DNA from: Mizuhopecten yessoensis
Lineage: Eukaryota
NCBI RefSeq assembly: GCF_002113885.1
Contig: NW_018406814.1
Span: forward strand, 352,987 to 416,986
Length of the DNA stretch: 64,000 bases
Direction: 5' to 3'
Under the pieces are notes generated by a model. That model searched no databases and was not told where the DNA came from. It saw only the letters and a list, made by a program, of their open reading frames with translations. Within the stretch, counting starts at the first letter, position 1. Each line of letters starts with the position of its first letter. This document shows positions 27,060 to 39,630 of this stretch, one piece after another. A program made the position numbers and the translations under genes.

Positions 27060-28700
27060 AAATGTATAATAGACAAATACCGGACAAATGTCAAATGTAT
27101 AATAGACAGACAAAGGACAAATGTCAAATGTATAATAGACAAACAAAGGACAAATGTCAATGTATAATACACAAATAAAGGACAAATATCAAATGCATTA
27201 TAGACAAACAAAGGACAAATGTCAAATATATAATAGACAAACAAAGAACAAATGTCAATGTATAATATACAAAGTAAGAATTTCAAATGTATAATAGACA
27301 AGCATAGGCCGAATGTCAAATGTATAATAAAAACATTGGACGAATGTCAAATGTATAATAGACAAACAAAGGACAAATGTCAAATATATTATAGACAAAC
27401 AAAGGACAAATGTCAATGTATAATAGACAAACAAAGGACAAATGTCAATGTATAATAGACAAAGTATGAATTTCAAATGTATAATAGACAAACATAGGCC
27501 GAATGTCAAATGTATAATAAAAAACATTAGACGAATGTCAATTGTATAATAGACAAAGGACGAATGTCAAATGTTTAATAGACAAACAAAGGACAAATGT
27601 CAATGTATAATAGACAAAGCATGAATTTCAAATGTGTATTAGACAAACATAGGCCGAATGTCAAATGTATAATAAAAAACATTGGACGAATGTCAAATGT
27701 TTCATAGACAAACAAAGGACGAATGTCAAATGTATAATAGACAAACAAAGGTCGAATGTCAAATGTATAATAGACAAACAAAGGACGAATGTCAAATGTA
27801 TAATAGACAAACAAAGGACGAATGTCAAATGTATCATAGACAAACAAAGGACGAATGTCAAATGTATAATAGACAAAAAGAGGACGAATGTCAAATGTAT
27901 AATAAACAATAAAGGACGACTGTCAAATGTAAAATAAACAAAGGACAAATGTCAAATATATAATAGACAAACAAAGGACGAATGTCAAATGTTTAATAAA
28001 CAATAAAGGACAAATGTCAAATGTTTTACAAACAAACAAAGGACGAATTTCAAATGTATAATTGACAAATAAAGGACGAATGTCCAATGTATAATTGACA
28101 AACAAAGAACGAATGTCAAATGTATAATAGACAAACAAAGAACGAATGTCAAATGTATAATTAAAAAACAAAGGACGAATGTCAAATGTATAATCGACAA
28201 ACAAAGAACGAATGTCAAATGTATAATAGACAAACAAAGAACGAATGTCAAATGTATAATAGACATACAAAGAACGAATGTCAAATGTATAATTAAAAAA
28301 CAAAGGACGAATGTCAAATGTATAATCGACAAACAAAGAACGAATGTCAAATGTATAATTAAAAAACAAAGGACGAATGTCAAATATATAATAGACAAAC
28401 AAAGGACGAATGTCAAATGTTTAATAAACAAACAAAGGACGAATGTCAAATGTATAACAGACAAACATAGGGCGAATGTCTAATGTGTTGAAGACAGACA
28501 AAAGACAAATGTAAAATGTGTTATGGACAAAATATACACAAATGTGTTATGGACAAATGCCAGAAGTGTTATAGAAAAGGAAACGGCCAAATATGTGACA
28601 AATGCTAAATGTGTTTTGACAAATGTTAAATGTTTAATAGACAAAATATAAACAAATGTAAAAATATGTGTAACAAGCAAAATATAGACAAATATCAAAA
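27060..28700. repeat. 33-bp tandem repeat
   Basis: Consensus gaatgtcaaatgtataatagacaaacaaaggac; period 33 from 27721 to 27754; generates spurious repetitive ORFs on both strands. Confidence 0.95.
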
Positions 28701-29091
28701 GCGTTCAAGCTTTTAGTAATGCATGTTATTTTGTTTCTTTTATTTGACGTCTCAAAGCGCAGAGAGTCGTGATTTGCGTGTATAGTGTAGTGCACCCTCC
28801 GAATTCCCCCTAACACTATATCACTCAAAATCCAAATGTACAAAACACAACACTACCATCAGGTATAACAACAGCAAGGCATTGTAAAATAAAAATAACA
28901 AAAACAAAAGTACCAACAACAACAGTACTGACGGTCCAAAGCAAAAACGATGAAATAATGTATTGCAAAATAAAAATGAGGAGGACATGCTGGCAACAAC
29001 AGAACAAACTAGGTTTCATCAGCAATGCTTTAGGCTTCATGAGGACAAATAACAAAACAACACAATAGTTACAACAGTAATGATACTGAAT

Positions 29092-29154
<63 letters not shown>
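29092..29154. repeat. (AAC)n microsatellite within a CAA-rich low-complexity tract (about 28840-29340)
   Basis: About 21 perfect AAC units. Confidence 0.95.
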
Positions 29155-29155
<1 letters not shown>

Positions 29156-32100
29156 GCAAATCCAGTGATAATACTGGCGAACAACAATAAATTATTACAG
29201 TTAAAATATTGAAGAAAAATAATAACAACAACAATAGCAGAATCAGTACAATAAGGAAAATCAGTAATAATTTTGACGAATAACAACAACTAGAACAACA
29301 GTAAAATATGTCATGTTATATTCCGTACAACAACATCAACATCGAAAGGTAAAAAAAACCATATAATATATTTCCTTCTCATATCTCTAGTGCGTTATTA
29401 ATAACGAAGTAATTGGTTTGTACTACTTAGGGGCGTTAGACATAATCTCGTCAACTTAATAGCACTTATATGCAAAGACTTGTGTGTTTGTATGGAATGT
29501 GTTGTATGTTCTCCGTTAAACAAGGCCGTGTATCTTACTAATCTATAATCTGAACTCCATGTCATAAGGATTTATAAGTAGATGAATGTCAGAGTCAGTC
29601 GACGGCCATGACGGATTAATAAAGGTTAGCCTATTAGAACTGGGAAATCTTCAGCATTTATTAGTATATATATATATATTTATATCAGAACTAAACTTCA
29701 ACTCGATATCAAACAGTTAATTGGTTATCTACAACTTCAAATAAATCTTATTATCAGCAACACTCAGATAAAGATAAAATATCAACAAATCTCCGTCGAT
29801 TTTATACCAAAAATAGACAAAGCATTGTTTTTCAAAAAAGTATCGAACACATATAGTTTCACTAAATCTCACCCATAGTATTCATCAAAGCGATCAGAAA
29901 TGGGCCATTTTGTTTTTAACAAAACTCAACTACATCCAAGGTTGAACAAACCCTTGACCGTTTGACAAAACTACTTCTGAAAGGAAGGGTGCTTAAAAGT
30001 AGTTATGCAGTCCATTGATTCCCGGGGTTACTCTCTCATGAGAGGTATAACAGTGCGTGTTGTATTCTAGGCAAAGAAGCAAATGGAAATACTTGATTGA
30101 AAATTGAATTTTGGTGCTCTGTATTGGGTAAAACAAAGGTAAAGTAGTCAACATGCTTAGTTTTGGAAACATGTGAAAACCAAACAAATAAATATGTTTA
30201 AAAGAAATAAACCAAGAAATCCTATTTCAGTGCAGTATGCTGATAATAATTTCCGGGTCAGGACGGGAAGTCATTGTAGTAAAAATATGTTATTTCTTTA
30301 ATAACTTCCTTATGGATATGTTTTAGGACAAAATCTGTCGAAAATCAGTAGCAAACAAAACTAATAAGTAAACACATACTAAAAAATATGTATGTACCTA
30401 ATTACGGTAAGACTTGTGAACTTGCCAAATAGTTTTACGTCCGCGTAACTTACTCGTGGTGTACTCCGTCATCGTCGTCAAAATAGTCAGTGACCCGTAT
30501 AGCAAAACACGTAACATACCTGTAAAAATACACCTTGTCCATTTCACGGTCGACAATTTTTCTGTCAATTTGACGTTATCAAAGGTGGCCATCTTGAACG
30601 TGAATAATAAAATAAATTCCTTCTTTAGGAAACGTGTAAAGCGTAAAATGGTCACTACAGAGGTCGGCACACTTGATATTGACGGTAACTCTAGACTTGG
30701 GTATTGTTGAGACATTGATTGATTTTTCTGATACATTTTGCAGTACTTTACTTTTCTTATTTGAATCAAAGTGACGTTATATTTAATGATATATATGTAA
30801 GCTGTTCGAAATCATAGTTTTTTGTCATGGTCAACGAATGACACGCGACAAAGTCATAACGTATACTAATTATGTCAGTGCCAACGATCAAAGACAGGTT
30901 GACAAAGGTAAGCCCACGTTACCGTAGTCTGTAGGATGTCAGTACGGAAATGTCACAAAGTAACGACACACGTCCTTATTTTACATGTCCGGCAATCTAA
31001 CGGTTATATACTTCCCCTCGGACTTCTTTATCTACACGATGTATAACGCAATGCGATTCCAAACAGCCTGATCCGGAACTTTCAGAGAAGTACTTGTTTA
31101 TTTTAAATTAAATAATTAATAAAGTGTGTATATTATGAACCTTGCCACTCCTCGAAAGAGATAACTGTGGTTATTAAGGTTACGGCAAATACCGGGGACT
31201 AAGAATAATAGTAAATCAATCCGCGGATATGGAGATAACTTGTAGCATGCAACATTGAGTTATACTTCAACTAGAAGAAGCCAAACAAATACGAGAAAAA
31301 CAAAGGAAGGAAGAACCTACTTAATATTATATCATCAATGCAGAGAACCAAACAAGAAAAATATTTTACTGAACCATACTGTACATTCGTCAGTTCAGAA
31401 CTTATCTGTGGTACTAAGTGTCAAAAGGATGAACGACATCTTAAATCATAAACGTGTAGAATACAGCTAAAATGAAAGCGCACCTAAATACCCTTTAATT
31501 TAGTTTTTACGCAAACGATATTACGATAATTCTAACATGAATGTTCTTAATTCGTAGTGCATTCTTACGTCATGCATGGGAATCCTACGAGTGATCGTTG
31601 GTATAAAAATCCAACAGAGTCATTTATGCAAGAGCAGTTTTCGGTATAATTTTCATACGGTGCAATGCCAATTACAGGCATTTATTGAAGCCCTCATAAA
31701 ATTGCATAGCATGTGTCTATGCTTGCAGACAAACTTAGAAACATTCTTATTCGATATTTGTTGTTTTTAACAGCAGTAGAATACAGTCACACTGATAGAA
31801 AAGACAATCTGGAGAAAGATAATCGATCTCTGAAAGAGCCATGGGGGTAAATATTCAGAAAGAGTAAGTACTAATATAAAATCATGCGAACCTGAAAAGG
31901 AAAACAAAGTTATTAATAATTTGTTGAAGGGCCGTTTAAGTTTGCATTTCCAGGTGAACATAACACGTTATTACAACTTCGCTAGACTGTACTTCCTATT
32001 TCTGTCGTGCCTCGTTGTGTGCTGCCATAGGCAACTCCTTTGCTTCTGCATTGTTCTGCCATAGTGCTATACTTCTGATAGGTGGACTTTGCGTCTCCTG

Positions 32101-33104
32101 ATTAGATATCACAAATACAGGTAATAATGTTTTGATTCACTGCACGAACTTTAATTGCCATTAAACAGTACTATTGAGTGTAACGAATACATTGGTTTTA
32201 GCTCTTAGTGTCCAATATACTGACTGTTGTTACATTTGCGAGATCAGTCCTAAAAACTCTCATCTTTTGCAATAACTAAACTATGCACGATTTTCCGAAG
32301 GCATAACTTATATGAAGATGTACTTTTCCAAGAAGATACAACACGGAAAATCCCATAAAGAATCCGTCTCTTTCAGTGTAAGTGTGACAAGATTCTTGGT
32401 GATAAATGTAATAGCATTGAAGTGTTTCATACTTCTATGCATTTATGGCACTAGATTAAGTATGGGCAAGTGTCTGCCTTACGTGTGCAACATGGTTAAG
32501 AAAAAGACCTTGATTTACAAGTTTTCCTGGGGGGCTCGCGTAGTGGCTGCGACCTTTCCAAACTCAGGGATGGTATTACCAGTTCTCTGACAAAGCCATG
32601 GACCTCTGCTTTTCGTGCATTAACTCTTTTACTTCTCCCTGTAAAACAGCTATCACCATATGCTGTTTTAATGAAATATGGGGGAGACCAAATATCCACT
32701 TTGACTATTACTATTTGTATGCTTCTTTCTCCTTGGTATAGCCCCCTGTATACTAGTTTTGATGACACGGGTTTCAATCAAGATAAATCATTTAGACTTA
32801 AATTTGAGTAACTACTTATTCCAAAAAAACGCTCAGCTGAAAGGTCCATTGTACCATAACGCGCCCATATTGTTTACAAACACAAACATTGTAACGAGTT
32901 TTGCTACATGAGACGAGACAGGTATCTTCCAATAAAACATCGTCCATTATCTGTATCACACATTTATTGCTTTCTGTATTAGTCAAATTGTACTCTTTTG
33001 GTAATTTTGGCTGTTTTCATTTCAGACGACTGGAAAAGAAACAATATAAGTGAGGCAATGACAGAGTTCTCGTAACATAAGGAGGCGACCCTTGGACGAC
33101 TCAC

Positions 33105-35390
33105 TTAGTCCTGCCTCCGTCTCATAGCAACAAGATGAGCCTCGGCGTGGAGAATGGACGGACGTCCGATAGGCGGCGCTCTTCCGTCTGGAATCCCATT
33201 ACCATCGATGCGGAAGATCTGAATGGGGTATGTTCCAAGTTCCGCTGTGCGGAAAGTTATAAGCCTTATACTAAAATGACGTTTCTTATCATTACAACAT
33301 GAACACCCAACTAATGATTTAATATGCTGCATTTAACCTTTGCATGTGTTGATTTTTAATGCAAGTTGCAGAAATAGTCATATCGCTGCTTGCCAAAATT
33401 TAAGGTTGATAATTCTTCTAGTGTGAAACCAACAGTGGTCAATAATGAAATAAGATAAAAGAGACATTATTTTAAGCAATCAGTCATATACCGATATTGT
33501 TTTCTTTAAAAAGGCAACGTTTAACTATATTGATAGTTTAATAATTTTTCAATCTATTTATTCTGATTTTATTTTCGGCAAGTCAATATTGCACTTAGGT
33601 CTTGATATATTTTATCTTCTCAGACTCAATGTTTCGCAAGAGTTAGATATTCTAAAGTGGTCAATATTTTTCGATCCCAAACGGGGGAAAAAAAATTCCC
33701 TAATATGACTTATAAATAGATGTAACTAGAAGTACCACTTTAAAACAATAATCTGCTGCTGATGCTCGGGGTTTGCTGGGTTTGCTGAACAATGTTTGCT
33801 TTTCATTAATCTTTATCCGTCCTCTAACTCGAACTTATGTTATAAACTTGAAGGTGTGTTAAACGATATTCAAATAGCCATTTTTGAACGTTGGCATTAA
33901 AATATTTAACATTGAGACGCGCTTTCTCTTTATTCAAGTTCATTAAATGAAGCTACCTTTCAAATATTTTACATAAACCCCAGATATAGTACTACACATA
34001 CTGTCGACACCCTAAGTCAAGTATTGTTAGATTTTCACTGTTAGGAACAGTCATTTACAGGCTGTCGGTAGCGACTATCAGGCCACGCCTTGTCAATACA
34101 AAACTGAGTATTTGCAAATCTTAATTGGCAGACATCAGCTTGTATTGACACTTATAGTCGTATACAAACAGTAGAAGACTTACGTGATATTTGCAAGTGG
34201 AAGATTTATTTTTTGCTACCAGCGTCATCATGTTTGAAGTGCAATCTATTTTGGAGTGTGTGTATTTGACTGGTGTAGTGTTATGTCAATACCTAAAGCC
34301 AGGCTCATTCCTGTCACAATGACTTCTGCGAGGAGAATCAGGAATCCTAAATAACCTACACATGTCCACTATCTACCTGTACAGTAAATACAAATCTAGG
34401 CTTCTCTTTTTGTAATAAAACTTATTTCTTATCATTATTTGTCATGGTGGAATAGTGTGGTGATACTAAAACAAAAACAACTGTCGGTTCTAGGCGTTAC
34501 GTTATATTGCTAGATCCGTTTTGCATAGTATTCATATTTATTGATTTGTTTTTAAAACGCCTCACTTTAGGTATTTCACACCTGTCTTGACAATAAAACA
34601 TATGTATACCTGACTCTAATTAACGATCCACAATCGTCCATCTCGGGTTTTAAATTTTAAAAAATCGATAGCATTTGAACTCTAAAATATCGTGTAACTT
34701 CTATCTATCATAAAGACAAGCACGTGCGTACTACAATTGACTTTAAAGTTATCCTCCTCTCCGTTGTGGAGTTTTAATATTTGACTGTCCAGAACGAGGC
34801 TGACGACGTAACTGGTGGGTATGAAGGAGTACAAGGGATCAGCGTCCCTCACGGAGGCTATGAGGAGACATATTGTTCTTACACTGCTTAAGGTGAGACT
34901 ATTCAATACCATTTTAGGGGGATAAACAAACATGGTCTCTGTCAAAATACTGTTATTTATTTTTCGATATTATGAAATTTATAATACGTTTATAATTTAA
35001 TAGAACTAAATCCTCAACCAAGTCGCTAACAATATGTTATTGATAAATCGCGATTCCTTCATGTTATGATATATTTTATCAGATAAAAATAAAATTCGGA
35101 TAATGATTGCGTTCCCAGCAACGGGTTTAATGTGTGTTTAAATCTATTCACAGAAAACTCATAATGTAAAACGTAGTGTACATTTACGTTACGTCATCTG
35201 GATTATAAACCTTTTAGGGAGCTTGTCACTATGGGAGCGCACAACAGAAAGACACCATCCGAGGTCAGACTGTTAAATGATGAACGTAATACACATACGT
35301 GATTGCACCTGTGAAATTTTGTAATAGATACAGTGAGCCAACCATGAAATACACTGCATCATACAGCAGTTTCTTCCGTCTAGGACCCAT
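33105..35390 (-). CDS. Novel 127-aa putatively secreted protein, 3 coding exons
   Basis: Exons 35390-35299 (92 nt; ATG; donor gtatgt), 34883-34732 (152 nt; acceptor aagcag; donor gtacgc) and 33244-33105 (140 nt; acceptor ctttccgcacag; ends TAA). Phases 2 and 1 join in frame, 384 nt in total. Exons 2 and 3 are GC-richer than their flanks. Protein: MGPRRKKLLYDAVYFMVGSLYLLQNFTGAITVRTICLLIASVRDADPLYSFIPTSYVVSLVLDSQILKLHNGEEDNFKVNCTELGTYPIQIFRIDGNGIPDGRAPPIGRPSILHAEAHLVAMRRRQD. Confidence 0.6.
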
Positions 35391-36099
35391 CGGTGATGCT
35401 AGGGGCCGAGACGTTGGAAATACAAATGGGTCTAAACTATCTTTGACCAGAAGGGGAAATAATTACAAAATAGCATGCACCTTACAGTATATAAATTATG
35501 ATTAACGAATATCTTTTTATAGATGGTCTCCACGATAACTTTTTTTACAGCTGTTTTCTTTATACACGCTGTATAGGACTTACTGACAACATTTATATTT
35601 GATTATTGATTAAGAGGACGTTTTGTTGTTAAACACACACTCCGAGGCGTCCCTTTTATTAATTTACATATTTCGTTAAAAGGAAAGCTTATTGACTTTA
35701 ATAGTCTGAAAAGGTTTATCAGGTAGCCATTTATTACCTGAAACGTACTTCAGTCTACAATTTGTTTACGACATAAAACGCCAAACAAGAACATCGATTT
35801 TTTATCTTTCAGAAGGATTTAGGTTAAATAGCAAATCAAATTACGTTAAGTTTCATTTTGTCATGTAAATGTTGTTTTTATAGTATTAGCGTATAATTGT
35901 ACCACACTAATAGAGGGAAGGTATTGATTTAAAAGTCAATTGTGTAACATTAAACCTAATGGAGTTGTCATTTAATGTAAGGTTGTAGTTATAACGGTAC
36001 TGTCAAGTGTAAGGGGTTTGTAAATATTGGACCTAGTTCTTCCCGCACTACTAAGCTAGTATGGCGATCATATAGGGTTTGGAGAATATTTGGTCGGTA

Positions 36100-36285
36100 T
36101 TCCGTCTTTGCGTATTGCAGAGTTATCTTCTCTTGGGAGCAGGTATTGATTGTTACGTCACTTGTTTGTGAGAGAAACGTCATCAATTTTTGAGAAAACG
36201 ACGTAATTTTCTCGCACAAACCAATGACGTAACAATCAATACCTGCTCTAAAGAGAAGATAACTCTGCAATACGCAAAGACGGAA
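36100..36285. mobile_element. 186-bp palindromic MITE with TA at both ends (Tc1/mariner-like)
   Basis: ttccgtctttgcgtattgcagagttatcttctct ... agagaagataactctgcaatacgcaaagacggaa; the inverted arms cover almost the whole element. Confidence 0.85.
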
Positions 36286-37867
36286 TAGGGTTTGGAGAAT
36301 ATTCGGTCGGTATAAACCGTAGTTAATTCATTTTTGTTTAAGGAAGCGTTACTAATTGACCGATAATAATAATTAATTAATTATAATTAATAATCCTGGG
36401 ATTAACAGCAGTGTTATAATCCTTGTCAAAAGAGTGATTGCCTCCAACCTGTAATATCAATGTGATATCATTTTTTTTCTGTAATTTCAATGGCGTTCAT
36501 ATTCTCTACGAGTGCCAACTGAAAGCATTTCCAACACTTTTATTTACTTTACGATTATTTCACTGACTAAATTTTCTTTATGAAAGTCGGATAATGAAGA
36601 GAATATTTTAATGTTAACATTACCACCATTCGAACTCCAAACCATAAAAACAAAGGCAAACAATGAACAAAGTGAAGACTCAGATGTTCCGGAAGGGTAA
36701 GCGTCTCATATTTCATCGTCGACAGTCAACATGTAAATCTATGTCAAATCTGAACTTAGAATTAAGCTAGAATGCATTAGTGTTATAACAACATGTACTC
36801 TATGGTACTGATGTATATAACAAATTAGTCCATGCAACATATGGTTGTTTTGTCATATCTATTATAAAATGTTTTTATTTTGATAGCATTATAGGGTATT
36901 CGTACGGTATGATTATAAGATATTGTTAGACAATCAGTCTTGATTATTTTGTCGACTGTTTCACAGTCTTACTGCTCAAGCAAAGTTAATTTAATTTTGA
37001 GTCGGTACGTGAATAAATAAAGTAGCACATATTTTACCAGCCTTTAAAACCGACTGTAAATAATGGAGCAAAATACAGTATAGGAATTCAGAAAACATAT
37101 AAACACATCAGATACACGTAATATCAAGTACATAAAATACAAAAGGGAAGGCATATCACTAACACACATTACCGCACATATCGTGAGATATTTAGGCAAA
37201 TGAAGACTACAAGCATTGTCGAAAGTTGTAATTGGGGAAGCAGTTAAGTTAATATGGAGTCTGTATTAAATTGGCTATAAATCACATGGTTACTGATTCA
37301 GTGTAGCTACGTAGAGTTTTAAAACACATTACATATTGTTATATTCGTTAAATTGACATAAGATACATGAGCCTAATGCCAGCGAATGAGTATCACCACA
37401 GCTCTCAAGCTTGTGTCATAATTTTAATACACATTTGGAAATGGTCCAAAGAGTTTATGTTGCGAAGTGAAAATGATTTTTTGTGACTTACCATATACTA
37501 GTGTATGTAAGCATTTTATTTGCCAGGTCTGGAATGTAGACGGAAATATTTAGACAAGATTTTCCATTTTAAATGTGCCCATAGACTCTTTGACCTTACT
37601 TATCTCATTAATTCTTGTCTTTTTTATCATGTAACTGGAATAAATCTTAGATATAGTGCCTCTCCCGGATAAGACGTCCTTCATACCACGCCGTGCTGAA
37701 TGCTTATCTACAGCTAAGCCAATTCAACAAAAGAGGGAGCAACTTTGCATTTTCTTGAAGTGATTTTCAGAAGGACAGTCTAAACTCTTGCTTTGCTTGT
37801 ATCATTCATTTTGTCACTTGTTCTGGTAAACTGTAAAACAAACTCAGCTGGATACGAAACGTCGACC

Positions 37868-39312
37868 ATGAGCGAGGTACAATTTAGACCACATGAAAAG
37901 TCTTTTGGAAGATATTACCACCCAACTCAACAACAACCTATTGTCAACCAGGAACTCAATTATATATTTCATCCCGGCATATGTCTTGTTTTTTACAAAT
38001 TGTGTTTTATCAGACATTTATCGTCGTTCGTCTTTCATAGAAAAGAAAGCTGTGATAACGTGATAACAAGTGCTACGCAATAATGTAGTGTATATATTGG
38101 CAAAAGCAAATGTTCTGTTAATGAAACATTTTTGAGGAGAAAATGTTCAGGGTTCGATTGAAATCCACGTTCTACTTATTTAACTTCTCGAGTATACAGT
38201 ATCACAACACGACTGTAGCCATATTGGTACTAAAAAGGGTAGCAGGAGGTTTGAATATTGGCTTGATTGAGCAGCTAATAGAGCAAGCGATAACACGTTG
38301 TTAATAAAGATTCTTGAGAAGCTTAGAAATCCAATACAAACTAGCAGGTTCGTATCTTTATCGTTTGGCAGCATGCGGAAACACTAATACAGAAACATGA
38401 TTGGCTTGTATAACGTCCTTTGAAAAACTGGACCATTTAACAGGTGGTAGGGTCTCCTTGGTTATAATACTAGCCAAATAAGTTTTTCATGTAAGTATGG
38501 TCATAACGTGTATACAAAGAATCAAATTATTAGATGATTTGTCAGTCGGTACAGCCATACATTTATCATTTAGATTGTTGAGTGTGGGTTGGCTATCTAA
38601 ATTGCTCGTCCTATGTTAATGGCAATGTCGGGAAGACAGTGTTATGAAAAGAAGATACCTACCCATTATAGATACTCAAAGCATAGCAATGTGTCACTTA
38701 TAAATATGCCTTCTATGATCATGCTCGATGACTCATCCTTTTGAACGCATATTTTATCATATTTAATTTAAAACAAAGATTAAAAGACATACTTGATGTT
38801 CATTTGAAAATCATTAAGATGCTATAGATTTGCGTATTTGATTAAAATTAAACTTCACTTTTCTTTTGTTTCAGACTGAAATTGACAAGGATGCGATTCG
38901 AAGAAGTGTGTTTGGTCCACGACTTTCCGAAGTTAACTTGGGAGCCATCGATACTTCCGTGTGCCGACCTACTGCTGCGTCTGCGCGGAGATCTGTCCTC
39001 TGGTCACGTGAGAGGAAGTCATATGAATCTTTGAGCAAACAGAATCTACAGGAGTTCCGTGAACGGCCGTATATGAAATATCGATACCCAGAACTGTCCA
39101 AACACTACCCAGGGACATGGCGGACAGCGAATTCTCAACAATTACAGAAAATAGTGGATAGACTGACCAGACCTACGTCACTTAGTACGATGCGTGCGCA
39201 GTCTGCACCAAAGATCACGCGCACCATGTATTCGAGCCGGTGTTCAAATCGTAGCACAACAACGCAGTCGACGGTAGGCTCTTACAGTTCGCTTGAGAGC
39301 AATGGAATGTGA
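37868..39312 (+). CDS. Uncharacterised basic Arg/Ser/Thr-rich protein, about 148 aa, probable paralog of 21423-22022
   Basis: Main exon 38875-39312 follows a strong acceptor (cttttcttttgtttcag), phase 0; AATAAA near 39346 and 39428. Proposed upstream coding segment 37868-37876 (gaccATG AGC GAG|gtacaa; exon acceptor at 37770) is less certain. Motif QKIVDRLTRPTSLSTMRAQSAP. Confidence 0.72.
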
Positions 39313-39440
39313 ACTAGTTTGATTGGGTAGCATTTTTCCCACATGAATAAAATTAAGGATTTATTTTGTGGATTATGCTACTGCTAAAAAACCGGATGTT
39401 TCGCAAACGGATATTGTTACAACTATAAATAAAAGTCATA

Positions 39441-39630
39441 CTGTTTACCGGAAAACTTTCGCCCGGGAAAATTTTCGCCCTTATACGTTTTAACTTCAGC
39501 TTTCAAGTGTTATTTCTGGATATTTTCTGCTAAGTGTCAATATTCGCTATGATGACAAATTTGCCCTCATTACGAAGGACACAAAAGACACGTGATACTG
39601 AAAATGCAGCAAGCAATTCAATGTGTACAG
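39441..39630. mobile_element. Degenerate TA-flanked MITE (TA|CTGT...ACAG|TA)
   Basis: Terminal tactgt/acagta with subterminal tttcgccc repeats. Confidence 0.45.

Noticed and set aside
26907-28698. Many 70-160-aa repetitive ORFs
   Set aside because: By-products of a 33-bp (multiple of 3) tandem repeat, open on both strands.
28825-29289. Poly-Val and poly-Leu ORFs
   Set aside because: Translations of the (AAC)n microsatellite.
37877-38083. Continuation of the 37793 ORF as a coding exon
   Set aside because: No phase-compatible donor found after 37877; the GAG|gtacaa donor gives an in-frame join to 38875.
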